The notes below the pieces were generated by a model, which worked only from the letters and a program-made list of their open reading frames with translations, had not been told where the DNA came from and made no database searches. From Patescibacteria group bacterium (GTDB lineage Bacteria; Patescibacteriota; Dojkabacteria; J137), in assembly GCA_963169855.1 (NCBI GenBank), contig CAUJCN010000002.1:133508-197507 (forward strand): a stretch of 64,000 nucleotides of DNA. The letters run 5' to 3'. A program made the position numbers and the translations under genes. This document shows, one piece after another, positions 38,194-47,918 of this stretch. Position 1 is the first letter of the stretch, and each line of letters starts with the position of its first letter.

Positions 38194-39549
38194 TTATCCG
38201 ACACTTCCCTTCATCGACATCTTGATTAGCTCATTCATTTCAACTGCATACTCCATTGGAAGTTCTTTTGCTATTGGTTCCACAAATCCTGCAACTATTA
38301 ATCCACCAGCTTCTTCTTCAGAAAGGCCTCTAGACATTAGATAGTAAAGCTGGGATTCACTAACCCTAGAAACACTTGCTTCATGTTCAACTTTAGCAAG
38401 TTTTTCGTTAATTTCATTGTAAGGATACGTATCTGTTTGGGAAATGTTATCCAAAATTAATGCATCACAAACAACTTTCACTTTCGCATTCTTTGCTCCT
38501 TTAGTAACTTTGACTTGTCCTCGATAACTTGTTCTACCACCATTTTTGCAAATGGATTTAGTGGTGATTACACCACTGGTGTTTTTTCCAATGTGGATCA
38601 TTTTTGCTCCCGTATCTAAATGCTGACCTTTATCTGCAACCGCTATCGACAAAACCTCTCCGTGTGATCTATTTCCTACCAAAATTACGCTTGGATACTT
38701 CATAGTTTTCTTCGATCCCATATTGCAATCAACCCATTCAATTGTCGCATCTTCGTAAGCCAAGCCTCTTTGCGTTACTAGGTTATACACATTTTTAGAC
38801 CAGTTTTGAATTGTTGTATATCGTATTCTTGCACCTTTTAAGGCAATCAGTTCTATTACTCCAGAATGCAGTACATCTGTCGAATAAGTAGGTGCTGAAC
38901 AACCTTCCACATACTGAACTTCAGACCCTTCGTCAGCGATAATCAAGGTTCTTTCAAACTGACCTAGGTTAGCGGTTTTAATGTAGAAATATGCTTGTAA
39001 CGGAACTTCAACCTTGACTCCTTTTGGAACATAAACGAAACTTCCTCCACTCCAGCATGCTGTATTCAAAGCTGCATATTTGTTGTCTGTTGAAGGTATT
39101 GCTTTACCAAACCATTGTTTAAATAGTTCTGGATATTTTTTCAAAGCAGTATCTGTATCTGTAAAAATAACACCTTGTTTTTCCCACACTTCTTTAACTT
39201 TTCCATAAACTACACTCGAATCATACTGAGTCTCTACTCCTGCTAGAAATTTTCTTTCAGCTTGAGGAATTTTAAGCTTATCGAACGTTTCTTTCATCTC
39301 TTCAGGAACTTCATCCCAAGTTCTAGATTTTTTAGACTCTGGAGTTACATAAAATCTAATGTCATCTTCTTTTAGTTCTGATAAGTCGACACCCCAAGTC
39401 GGCATAATTCTTTCCTCATAATGATCATAGGCTTTCAGTCTATTTTCTGTCATCCATTTCGGCTCTTCTTTAAATAGAGATAGAGCTTCAACCACATCTC
39501 TGCTCAATCCTGGTTTGGATAGAATGTCTTTTGCTTCTTGAATATTCAT
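38194..39549 (-). CDS. sufB: Fe-S cluster assembly protein SufB
   Basis: FERTLIIADEGSEVQYVEGCSAPTY and the C-terminal beta-helix region are typical of SufB. Confidence 0.85.
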   Translation of the reverse strand: MNIQEAKDILSKPGLSRDVVEALSLFKEEPKWMTENRLKAYDHYEERIMPTWGVDLSELKEDDIRFYVTPESKKSRTWDEVPEEMKETFDKLKIPQAERKFLAGVETQYDSSVVYGKVKEVWEKQGVIFTDTDTALKKYPELFKQWFGKAIPSTDNKYAALNTACWSGGSFVYVPKGVKVEVPLQAYFYIKTANLGQFERTLIIADEGSEVQYVEGCSAPTYSTDVLHSGVIELIALKGARIRYTTIQNWSKNVYNLVTQRGLAYEDATIEWVDCNMGSKKTMKYPSVILVGNRSHGEVLSIAVADKGQHLDTGAKMIHIGKNTSGVITTKSICKNGGRTSYRGQVKVTKGAKNAKVKVVCDALILDNISQTDTYPYNEINEKLAKVEHEASVSRVSESQLYYLMSRGLSEEEAGGLIVAGFVEPIAKELPMEYAVEMNELIKMSMKGSVG

Positions 39550-39658
39550 GATCTGATTATATCATTTCGGATTGTGAAGAAATTTTCAAATTTGTATTCC
39601 AACACAATGTTTAGAATTCTCATCATCTCTATATTGAAGGAAGTTAATATTTTTTTAT

Positions 39659-40405
39659 ATGAAAAATCCTACAAAAAAGGTAATGACTTTTTTTGCACTA
39701 GGGACGATTATGTTTTCAATGTTACAAGCACCAGTACATGCGGTGGCAGGACAATGGTCGGCAAATGGGAATTCTATTTACTACATGGATGGATCTTTAG
39801 GAATAGGCTCTACCAACCCGGCAGGAAAGTTTACAGTTGTAGGTAACGATTCAAGTGTTAATACAACTATACTCAAACTGGGAAATCTTGATGCAAGGAA
39901 CTGGCACTTCGTTGCAGCTAAATATCAGCATAATGCTTATGGAGACTATGCTTTGGTTTTGTCTCAACCTGCATATTCTGGGGGATGTGCTAACGCTTGT
40001 AGAGGGGATTTAGTCTTACAGCCAGGCAGAAATACAGTGATAAATACAGGCAACGTAGCCATAGGAACTAATAATCCTGGCAATTATAAGCTTGCAGTCA
40101 ATGGAACAATAAAGGCTAAGGAAATTGTCGTTTCCATGAATAATTGGGCAGATTACGTATTTGAAGACGATTACAAATTACTGCCACTTAACGATGTTAA
40201 GTCATTCATTGAAGCAAACAAGCACCTACCTGGAATACCTTCTGCTAAAAACATCGAATCTAGTAACTTACCTATTGGAGAAATGCAACGTTTACAGATG
40301 GAAAAAATTGAAGAATTAACTTTGCATTTGATTGAAAAGGATGAAGAGATTGGCGAGTTAGAAGAAAGGTTGGAGAGATTAGAATATTTAGTTAGTTTAA
40401 ATTAA
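39659..40405 (+). CDS. Secreted protein with a Gly/Asn-rich beta-rich N-terminal region and a conserved C-terminal domain ending in a coiled coil (tail-fibre-like)
   Basis: It has a signal peptide (…MLQAPVHAVAG). The C-terminal WADYVFEDDYKLLPLNDVKSFIEANKHLPGIPSA…EKIEELTLHLIEKDEEIGELEERLERLE resembles a domain seen in tail-fibre-like surface proteins. Confidence 0.45.
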   Translation: MKNPTKKVMTFFALGTIMFSMLQAPVHAVAGQWSANGNSIYYMDGSLGIGSTNPAGKFTVVGNDSSVNTTILKLGNLDARNWHFVAAKYQHNAYGDYALVLSQPAYSGGCANACRGDLVLQPGRNTVINTGNVAIGTNNPGNYKLAVNGTIKAKEIVVSMNNWADYVFEDDYKLLPLNDVKSFIEANKHLPGIPSAKNIESSNLPIGEMQRLQMEKIEELTLHLIEKDEEIGELEERLERLEYLVSLN

Positions 40406-40411
40406 GAGCAT

Positions 40412-41704
40412 ATGAATAAGAAAGCAAAATTCCTGGTAATGTTTTTGCTGCTGGTTGCGATGGTACCAGCGGGAATGTATTCGATTGTAGAAGGCCGGGT
40501 TGTGAGTGGTGGTGTTGAGGGTATCTCAGAAGATGCTTCTCGAATAAACTCACTTCCGGAACTCCCACCAGGCACAGAATTGGACTATGATACAAGTGAC
40601 CTACAGGAGCTATATTCAAAGGATGAGATTGCGAGGTTAGTTAATACAACTAGAGTTGTTTATAAGCATAAAACTTCATCACTAAAATTCAAGGTAGATT
40701 CTACTATTATTCCAGAATCTTTTGAGAATAACGCCGCTTTCAACTCTATTAATTGGCAACGTACATTTATGTTAGCCTCTGGAGAAGCTGTGCAAATTTC
40801 AGTATGGAACCTTGATAAAAAGAAAGCTGCAAAAGCACTTCATGAAGCATTGGCGAATCGGGACGGTTGTTCAATAGACATATCAAAATATTGCACAACT
40901 AATTTTCCTGCACAACCACGAGTCAGCTCGGCATACTTTAAGTATCATATATTTGAAAACTCATTGGTAAGAGTTATGTATACTTTTACGGAACTTTACG
41001 AAGTTGAAGCATTTAAACAAATTGCTAATAGCGTAAAAGTAGATGGAGTAAAATTATTCGAGAAAAAAGATTTTAAAATTTTAGAAGGAAATATAAAAAT
41101 ACGGACAACTAGTGCTTTGCGTGGAGCAAATACATGTGGAGGCCTCACGGATACAAACAATCCTTATAATTGTTGTTCCAGTAGCATAACGGGACAACAC
41201 AATGCCAATTGTACGTGGTATGCGGCATATAAAAGACCCGATTTAAAAGGTATCATAACCCAGTACCCGGGTGGTCTTTGGAATCAAGTTATAGAGACCA
41301 AACCCGAATTAATCAGTTCAACCCCTGTAGCAGGAGCATTAATTGTTTGGGAGTTGCATGTTGCATATGTAGAATCTTCTGACAGTAACTCTGTGACTTG
41401 GTCTGAACAAAACTGTTACAACGCATGGTACCATGCAGATGGAAGCTATGGTGGCGCAGTAAACTCATTCAATGCAGCTGTAACTAAACACTCCCATTCC
41501 CCAGACTATGGTGCAGGATACTTTTTGGGGTATATCCTACCGCAAGGTGGAACTAGTTCAAATTCATGCAGTGGGAATAATCCTGTAATGGCTAATTGGA
41601 ATAGTTCTGGGGGATTATCATGCTCACCCACAGGGACGTTAAAAATACATCCTACCAGTACCTTGCAGAGTACGACTGGAGATATTAATATTAAACCAAG
41701 ATAG
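40412..41704 (+). CDS. Secreted CHAP-domain protein (putative peptidoglycan amidase/peptidase)
   Basis: It has a signal peptide. The Cys (NCTWYAAYKRPDL) and His (LIVWELHVAYVES) of the CHAP catalytic dyad are in the correct spacing. Confidence 0.6.
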   Translation: MNKKAKFLVMFLLLVAMVPAGMYSIVEGRVVSGGVEGISEDASRINSLPELPPGTELDYDTSDLQELYSKDEIARLVNTTRVVYKHKTSSLKFKVDSTIIPESFENNAAFNSINWQRTFMLASGEAVQISVWNLDKKKAAKALHEALANRDGCSIDISKYCTTNFPAQPRVSSAYFKYHIFENSLVRVMYTFTELYEVEAFKQIANSVKVDGVKLFEKKDFKILEGNIKIRTTSALRGANTCGGLTDTNNPYNCCSSSITGQHNANCTWYAAYKRPDLKGIITQYPGGLWNQVIETKPELISSTPVAGALIVWELHVAYVESSDSNSVTWSEQNCYNAWYHADGSYGGAVNSFNAAVTKHSHSPDYGAGYFLGYILPQGGTSSNSCSGNNPVMANWNSSGGLSCSPTGTLKIHPTSTLQSTTGDINIKPR

Positions 41705-41717
41705 TTAAAAGTATTAT

Positions 41718-42815
41718 ATGAAAAAAACATACATAATCGTTTCGATTTTATTACTAATAACTTTATTAGTAGTACCATTAGCTTTCATACTCTTAAGGAC
41801 GAATTCCGAAACCCTAAATGTATCCACGAATTCTCAGTCAGTCGAGGACACTGTTGAAGTTGATCCGTTTCACTCGTCCATTTATTACGTTCATTTAAAT
41901 AATGTTCATTTTTTGCATGAGGATAATTCTATAAAGCTGACAGACTTTCCAGAATCTGAGGATTGGAACTTCACCGAAATAACTAGGTTTGGGGATAAAC
42001 TTGGATTTGGAGTTTGCGCTACAGAATTAAATAATTTTGGATGCGAGATAATGTTGGTGAATATTAATACCCAAGAACTGGTTACAATTTTCTCACTAAC
42101 GCCAGATGATCTATTGGAAAACCTAACCTTTCACTCTGAAAATACATACGCATTCGATTACTTCAGAAATGGCAATAGTTGGATACTAGAACTGCACAGC
42201 AATGGAACTAGAAGCCAGCTACACAACATCGAATTTGACGGTTACGGCCGAAACAGGAGTATCAATGATGCTGACTATCTTTCGTTTTCTCCTGAAGGAA
42301 ATCATTTATTGCAAATCGCTACTGATTCACCACGCAGCCAGGTAGATTTTAATACTTACATTTACGATGTAGATACCCGTGAACAAAATGTGGTTAGTAA
42401 TGCAACCCATCCGACATGGGCAACAAATGATTCTATTATATTTAAGAACTATCCGGATGGTGGTCTCTCTAGCTACAATATTGAAAACAGTTCAACTCAA
42501 GCTGTTGACGAAAGCGCCTCTGCATTAATAATTGAAAGAGTTGGAAATTTGATACTTTATCTTGCTGGTGGGGTCATTAATTCAGTTGGTAACGATAGTA
42601 TAACGAACCTAAACGACGGCGCAGTTTATAAGTTTAGAGGTTATGATAATCTAGTAGTCTATCAAATTACTGAACCTTGTTTGGGACCAGATTGTCTGGG
42701 AAGGAACAGCGACTACCAGCTTAGCGAATATTTAATTATGGATACTCTGACAGGCGAATTGTTAGATCTTGAGATACCGAAGGATACTGTCTTGTTTCAT
42801 AAAGGAATGTTTTAA
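41718..42815 (+). CDS. Secreted/anchored hypothetical protein
   Basis: It has an N-terminal signal anchor (MKKTYIIVSILLLITLLVVPLAF) and a beta-rich sequence. Confidence 0.4.
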   Translation: MKKTYIIVSILLLITLLVVPLAFILLRTNSETLNVSTNSQSVEDTVEVDPFHSSIYYVHLNNVHFLHEDNSIKLTDFPESEDWNFTEITRFGDKLGFGVCATELNNFGCEIMLVNINTQELVTIFSLTPDDLLENLTFHSENTYAFDYFRNGNSWILELHSNGTRSQLHNIEFDGYGRNRSINDADYLSFSPEGNHLLQIATDSPRSQVDFNTYIYDVDTREQNVVSNATHPTWATNDSIIFKNYPDGGLSSYNIENSSTQAVDESASALIIERVGNLILYLAGGVINSVGNDSITNLNDGAVYKFRGYDNLVVYQITEPCLGPDCLGRNSDYQLSEYLIMDTLTGELLDLEIPKDTVLFHKGMF

Positions 42816-42904
42816 AAAATATGAGCCATAAAACAAAAAAATACATTTTAATCTGATTAGGACTAGGCTTAGTTTTAATAATCTCGCTTTTAGTAAATTA
42901 TCTA

Positions 42905-43516
42905 GTGAGTATAAGGGTGAACCTTAATACAGCCCCTGTCTCCTATCTTACCGAAGAGCCTCCTCTAGAACTTATTGAATACAGTGGTGAATTTCTGAGA
43001 GCAAAGTTACCTCCAGACTGGGACATACAAGAGCTTACAAACATCGATGGAATGGATGATTTGAGGACAAACGCAGACTACATAGGCCTGACTGGTATAA
43101 ATGTTTTAAAGAATGGTGAAACCCTTATGCAGTTAAGGGGTGTTGATGGAATTGGAGGAATTAAAGTTTGTTCAGAACTACATCAATTCTTGGATACTAA
43201 TCCAAGTTACATAGAAAATAATGTTCTATTTGCACGAGAACAAGGCTTAAGTGATCCTATAGTAGTTGATCTTAGCGAGCATGATTTTGTAGAGATAGAG
43301 ATTTTAGGTCATGATGTCAGAAAAGTTGGGGATAATTACTATTGGAATAATTCCAACTCATCATCAGAATTTAACCCAATATGCGGAGATTTAGGATCTA
43401 TTCAAGAGTTGGAGGGTTTGAGCTTTTCTATTGAAAACACCGCAAAACCAATATTGGAGCTGTACAAAGTAACTTTCGCCGATAATCTTACTGATTCAGA
43501 CTTTAAAGGTGATTGA
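42905..43516 (+). CDS. Hypothetical protein (GTG start; start uncertain)
   Basis: An open frame with no ATG before 42905. No family was recognised. Confidence 0.3.
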   Translation: MSIRVNLNTAPVSYLTEEPPLELIEYSGEFLRAKLPPDWDIQELTNIDGMDDLRTNADYIGLTGINVLKNGETLMQLRGVDGIGGIKVCSELHQFLDTNPSYIENNVLFAREQGLSDPIVVDLSEHDFVEIEILGHDVRKVGDNYYWNNSNSSSEFNPICGDLGSIQELEGLSFSIENTAKPILELYKVTFADNLTDSDFKGD

Positions 43517-43571
43517 AAGTATAGTTAACTCATTGGAGTTTAACGATGTGGATTAACTTTAATGCCAGTAA

Positions 43572-43910
43572 CTACTCCACAGGAAAAATCATCTCCCCCG
43601 TTTCTTTGTCAAAAATCTTAATGGCAAAGACGGGACATGATTGTGCTCCCATTAAAATATCGTCATCAGAATCAAAATCTTCTGATTCGGTATTAATTTC
43701 AGCTCTGTTCTCATCATTCATTACAAAAGTTAGAGGTGCAATTACCGCACAACTCGCTGCACCAATACATTGATTCTTATCATATTCAACGATGTACTTT
43801 GAATTCACTGATGTTGCCCTGTACAATCCAGGACCAATCTCTTCTACCGTAATATTACCTTTTTTGAAAACCTTTTTAGGTTTTGTATTTTCGTCATTTG
43901 TATCTTCCAT
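43572..43910 (-). CDS. Ferredoxin (single [3Fe-4S]/[4Fe-4S] cluster type) with an acidic insert
   Basis: The Cys pattern CIGAASCAVIAP…CP is present. Confidence 0.5.
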   Translation of the reverse strand: MEDTNDENTKPKKVFKKGNITVEEIGPGLYRATSVNSKYIVEYDKNQCIGAASCAVIAPLTFVMNDENRAEINTESEDFDSDDDILMGAQSCPVFAIKIFDKETGEMIFPVE

Positions 43911-43992
43911 TACTCAATTTTAACAAAGAATTCATTATAAATCGCTGATATATGTTTTTGGATTTTGTTTTTAACTATGATACACTATAGGA

Positions 43993-45327
43993 ATGCTTGA
44001 ATTTAACCACGTCTCAAAAATATACGATAACAATATAGTAGCTGTAAATGACATTTCGTTCAAAGTCAAAGAAGGAGAATTTGTTTTTCTAATCGGTGCT
44101 TCTGGAAGTGGAAAAACCACAGCTATTAAAATGTTGATTCGTGACGAGAACCCAACTACGGGAGCTGTATACTTCAGAGATCGAGACATCACAAAGATCG
44201 GTAGGTCAAGAGTTTATAAATTAAGACGAGAAATCGGAGTTATTTTTCAAGACTATAAACTTATTCAAGATAAAACCGCATACGAAAATGTAGCTTTCGC
44301 AATGGAAGTTGCAGGTAAGAAGAATAAAGAAATCAAAGAAACTGTACCATACGTTTTAGATATTGTAGGACTTAATCATAGATCGAACTCTTTCCCTAGA
44401 CAATTATCCGGAGGGGAACAGCAGAGAGTTGCTATCGCAAGAGCTATTGCGAATAGTCCAAAAGTATTGATTGCTGATGAACCGACAGGAAACCTTGACC
44501 CTTCAAGTGCATGGGACATTGTTCAAATTTTGAACAAAATAAACAACTGGGGAACAACTATTATCATGTCTACCCACGGTACCGACATTGTCAATTCTCT
44601 TAACAAAAGAGTTATTCAAATGGAGTCTGGAAGAATCATTCGAGATGACAGTAAGGGGCAATACGAATTAGCTCAGAAAAAAGACTTTGAACAAAAAATG
44701 GATCAAAATGCTGAGGAAGTTGTAAAGAAGAAAGACAAATTAAAAATCAAAATCGATATGGATGAACCATCCGAAGAACCAGAGTTGGAAGTCGAAGAAG
44801 GATTAGAAATTTCTGAAGCTCCTCGTAAAGGAATTTTTGGATTCTTTAAAAGAGTAAAACCAAGAGTAGAAACATTCAATGCCTTAGAGCAGATATTAGG
44901 AAAGCCTTCAAAAGAGAACGATAGCCAAGAATACGAATTAGAAGAAGAAACAGATTCTGAAGCAATAAATAACATCGAGGAAAATACTGTAGCAAATCAA
45001 ATGCAAACTTCAGAGAAGGAAGACAAGAAAAAAATCAAAAAAGAATCTGTAAAAAAAGAAGTTAAGAAAAAGCCAACAAAGAAATCCAGACCATTGAGTA
45101 TGGATAACTCTAATGGAGAAATTCACACTGGGTTAGGAAACACTTCTCTTGACCAGCTTGAATTAGAACCTGAGTTAATAGAAGTATTAAAAGAAGCAGG
45201 GTACAATAATGTAGAGGAAATAATAAACGATGGGGTTGAAAACCTAAGAGAAAAAGTTGATTTAAGTAAAAGAGAATTATTAAAAATAGCTAGATCAATA
45301 AAATCTACTCATTCATCAGAAGAATAA
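43993..45327 (+). CDS. ftsE: Cell-division ABC ATPase FtsE with a ~220-aa C-terminal K/E-rich extension ending in a helix-hairpin-helix (RNAP alpha-CTD-like) domain
   Basis: Walker [10 protein letters not shown], the signature [14 protein letters not shown] and Walker B LIADEPTG are present. The tail ends in [42 protein letters not shown]. Confidence 0.85.
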   Translation: MLEFNHVSKIYDNNIVAVNDISFKVKEGEFVFLIGASGSGKTTAIKMLIRDENPTTGAVYFRDRDITKIGRSRVYKLRREIGVIFQDYKLIQDKTAYENVAFAMEVAGKKNKEIKETVPYVLDIVGLNHRSNSFPRQLSGGEQQRVAIARAIANSPKVLIADEPTGNLDPSSAWDIVQILNKINNWGTTIIMSTHGTDIVNSLNKRVIQMESGRIIRDDSKGQYELAQKKDFEQKMDQNAEEVVKKKDKLKIKIDMDEPSEEPELEVEEGLEISEAPRKGIFGFFKRVKPRVETFNALEQILGKPSKENDSQEYELEEETDSEAINNIEENTVANQMQTSEKEDKKKIKKESVKKEVKKKPTKKSRPLSMDNSNGEIHTGLGNTSLDQLELEPELIEVLKEAGYNNVEEIINDGVENLREKVDLSKRELLKIARSIKSTHSSEE

Positions 45328-45328
45328 A

Positions 45329-46330
45329 ATGTTATCAAGAATATTAGCAAATACAAAAAAACAGATTCAACGAAGCGGATGGGCTGGTTGGGGATCTGTA
45401 AGTGTTATGACACTAGCTCTGTTAGTAGCTATTATTTTTGGAGGGTTAGCTTACTTCAGTAATCTTTGGATCCAATACATCGAATCCAGAAGTAACATTT
45501 TAGTTTTCTTCGAAGTTGGAATGGACAAGGAAGTTGTAGAAGCTCTTAAGGAGAAATGGGAAATGAATCCTCAGATCAAATCTATAAACTACACTACAGA
45601 AGAAGAAGCTTACTCTATCTATGGCGACTATTCTTCAAAAGTTCAACCTATTCAATATGAAGTTCTAAGCACCAATCAATTTATCGATGGAAAGCTTCCA
45701 TCGAGTTTAGATATTCAAATTTACACACTAAACGATCTTAAATCAGTTACAGAACTTGTTAAGAAAGATATTGATAGTGAGGTTAAGAAATTAGAAATTA
45801 TCCCAGCAGATTCAAGCAAACCTGTTGAGTATAAGTATTCTCAAGATCCAACAGTACCACCTATTACTTTAAGAGTTGATAGTGAAAGTCTAGACAAATT
45901 ACGAGAAGTTTTACTCACTTTAAGAATTGCTGGAATTGCAGTTATAACATTGCTTTTTGTTGTCATTTTCTTCTTCACATTCATGACAGTTGAGTTCAGA
46001 TTATATAACCAGATGGAGGAAATTGGAGTCATGCAACTGGTCGGTGGAAGCCTCTACTTTATACGTACACCCTATATTCTCGAGGGAAGTTTCTACGGAT
46101 TTATTGGTGCATTGATTTCTACGTTCTTAATTGGAACCGTTTTAACTGTAGTATTCGTTCTTAACCCAACTTCTGCAATTAGTGTATTCTTATACGAGAA
46201 TTTTGCAAGATTACCGTGGCCACAAGTGACACCTTTCGGTTGGGCGGGAGTTATTGCTTTAATAGGATTTGTTGGTGCATTTATCGGAGGATTCAGTACA
46301 TGGTTCTCTATCAGAAGATATATCAGATAA
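45329..46330 (+). CDS. ftsX: Cell-division permease-like protein FtsX
   Basis: It lies 2 nt after ftsE. It has an N-terminal TM helix, a large periplasmic domain and three C-terminal TM helices, which is the FtsX topology. Confidence 0.8.
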   Translation: MLSRILANTKKQIQRSGWAGWGSVSVMTLALLVAIIFGGLAYFSNLWIQYIESRSNILVFFEVGMDKEVVEALKEKWEMNPQIKSINYTTEEEAYSIYGDYSSKVQPIQYEVLSTNQFIDGKLPSSLDIQIYTLNDLKSVTELVKKDIDSEVKKLEIIPADSSKPVEYKYSQDPTVPPITLRVDSESLDKLREVLLTLRIAGIAVITLLFVVIFFFTFMTVEFRLYNQMEEIGVMQLVGGSLYFIRTPYILEGSFYGFIGALISTFLIGTVLTVVFVLNPTSAISVFLYENFARLPWPQVTPFGWAGVIALIGFVGAFIGGFSTWFSIRRYIR

Positions 46331-46372
46331 AACCTAAAACTTCTATACCCTCTATTCATAGACTATCGTATA

Positions 46373-47860
46373 ATGACTAAAACCAGCGATTATATGATTG
46401 AATTTACAAAAAAAACATTCCTAGAAAAAATTCCCGACTATGTGATTTCTATTGCCGAAACTCTACAGAAAGCCGGTTTTCAGTCTTATCTAGTAGGTGG
46501 CAGTATCAGAGATATCTTACTTGGAAAAACTCCCTTAGATTTCGACATTGCAACCAATGCGTACCCAGAAGATGTGCAGAAAATATTTCCTAAAAGTGTG
46601 CCTACAGGTGCTAAATTTGGGACTATAACTGTAATTGGGACATCCAATACTGGAGAAAACTTTGACGTTCAAATAACAACATACAGAAGTGAAGCTGACT
46701 ATTTTGGAGGCAGATGGCCAGCTAAGGTTGAGTTCGCAAGGACAATTGAAGAAGATCTATCTCGTAGAGACTTTACTATCAATGCTATTGCTCTAGATTT
46801 GCAGAACTTCGATAATGAGCAAATTGACGTGATGAATTTATTTGTAGATCCATTTAACGGATTAGAAGATTTAAAAGCTGGCGTGATTAAAGCTGTTAGA
46901 GAACCTATGGAAAGACTTACAGAAGATGGATTAAGGGCAGTTCGGGCTTGTAGATTAGCTTCTCAACTTGGATTTCAGATAGATGCAAATACCTTGAAAG
47001 CTATCAAAGAAACGAATCATGTTACTGCTCAAGTTTCTGTAGAAAGATTCAAAGATGAATTTCTAAAGATTTTGTACAAAAGTAGTAAACCTTCAGTTGG
47101 TTTAAATTTACTAAAAGAAACAGGAATTCTAAAACTATTTATTCCAGAGCTTTTAGAAGGAATAGATGTAGTCCAACCAGAGTTCCATACAGATGATGTT
47201 TTTACACACTCGCTTCAAGCCTGTGATATTGCTGAAGACAGAGTAAAAGTAGCAGCTTTACTGCATGATATTGGCAAATCTCGAACCAGAACAGAAGATG
47301 AAAAAGGAATCCATTTTTATGGACACGATGTTGTGGGAGCACGAATGACCGAAGAAATTTTGAAAAGGCTAAAATTTCCAAATGACGAAGTTGAGCGAAA
47401 CATTAGATTGGTTAGATGGCACATGTTCTACTACCCTTCAGCAGATTGGAGAAAATCTGATGATGAAATAAAAAAAGGAGAAGATATGGGATGGACGGAT
47501 GGTGCTATTAGAAGATTGATTATTAATGTCGGAGGTGAGGAGGGAATTGACGATTTACTCAGACTTCGCATCGCTGATGCTGCATCCAACCCAAAAAACG
47601 ATTTTGACCCAAAGGAGCTTGATGAATTAGCTTCCAGAGTAGCTTCCGTTAGAGCAAATGATATGGCTCTTAAAATCACTGATTTAGATATAAAAGGACA
47701 AGATCTTGTGGAGAATTTTGGATTACAACCAGGTCAAAAGTTGGGTGAAACTCTCAAGTTCTTACTCGAGAAGGTTTTAGACGATCCAGCACTGAATAAA
47801 AAATTAGATTTATTAAGATTAGCAAAGAGCTTTTTAGATAGTCACCAAAGTTCCGTTTAG
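46373..47860 (+). CDS. cca: CCA-adding tRNA nucleotidyltransferase (class II NTase head plus HD domain)
   Basis: GGSIRDILLGKTPLDFDIAT is the polymerase-beta-like head. HTDDVFTHSL…LLHDIGK is the HD motif. Confidence 0.8.
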   Translation: MTKTSDYMIEFTKKTFLEKIPDYVISIAETLQKAGFQSYLVGGSIRDILLGKTPLDFDIATNAYPEDVQKIFPKSVPTGAKFGTITVIGTSNTGENFDVQITTYRSEADYFGGRWPAKVEFARTIEEDLSRRDFTINAIALDLQNFDNEQIDVMNLFVDPFNGLEDLKAGVIKAVREPMERLTEDGLRAVRACRLASQLGFQIDANTLKAIKETNHVTAQVSVERFKDEFLKILYKSSKPSVGLNLLKETGILKLFIPELLEGIDVVQPEFHTDDVFTHSLQACDIAEDRVKVAALLHDIGKSRTRTEDEKGIHFYGHDVVGARMTEEILKRLKFPNDEVERNIRLVRWHMFYYPSADWRKSDDEIKKGEDMGWTDGAIRRLIINVGGEEGIDDLLRLRIADAASNPKNDFDPKELDELASRVASVRANDMALKITDLDIKGQDLVENFGLQPGQKLGETLKFLLEKVLDDPALNKKLDLLRLAKSFLDSHQSSV

Positions 47861-47918
47861 TGCTTCTAGCTTCATTATTGGGTCAAAAAATGATATAATT
47901 ATGTGGTAAAAAACTTTT

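Noticed and set aside
39659-41704. Prophage tail/lysis module (tail-fibre-like plus CHAP 'endolysin')
   Set aside because: Both proteins have their own N-terminal signal peptides, and no capsid, terminase, portal, holin or integrase genes are nearby. They are more likely chromosomal secreted proteins. This is kept as a caution in the finding.
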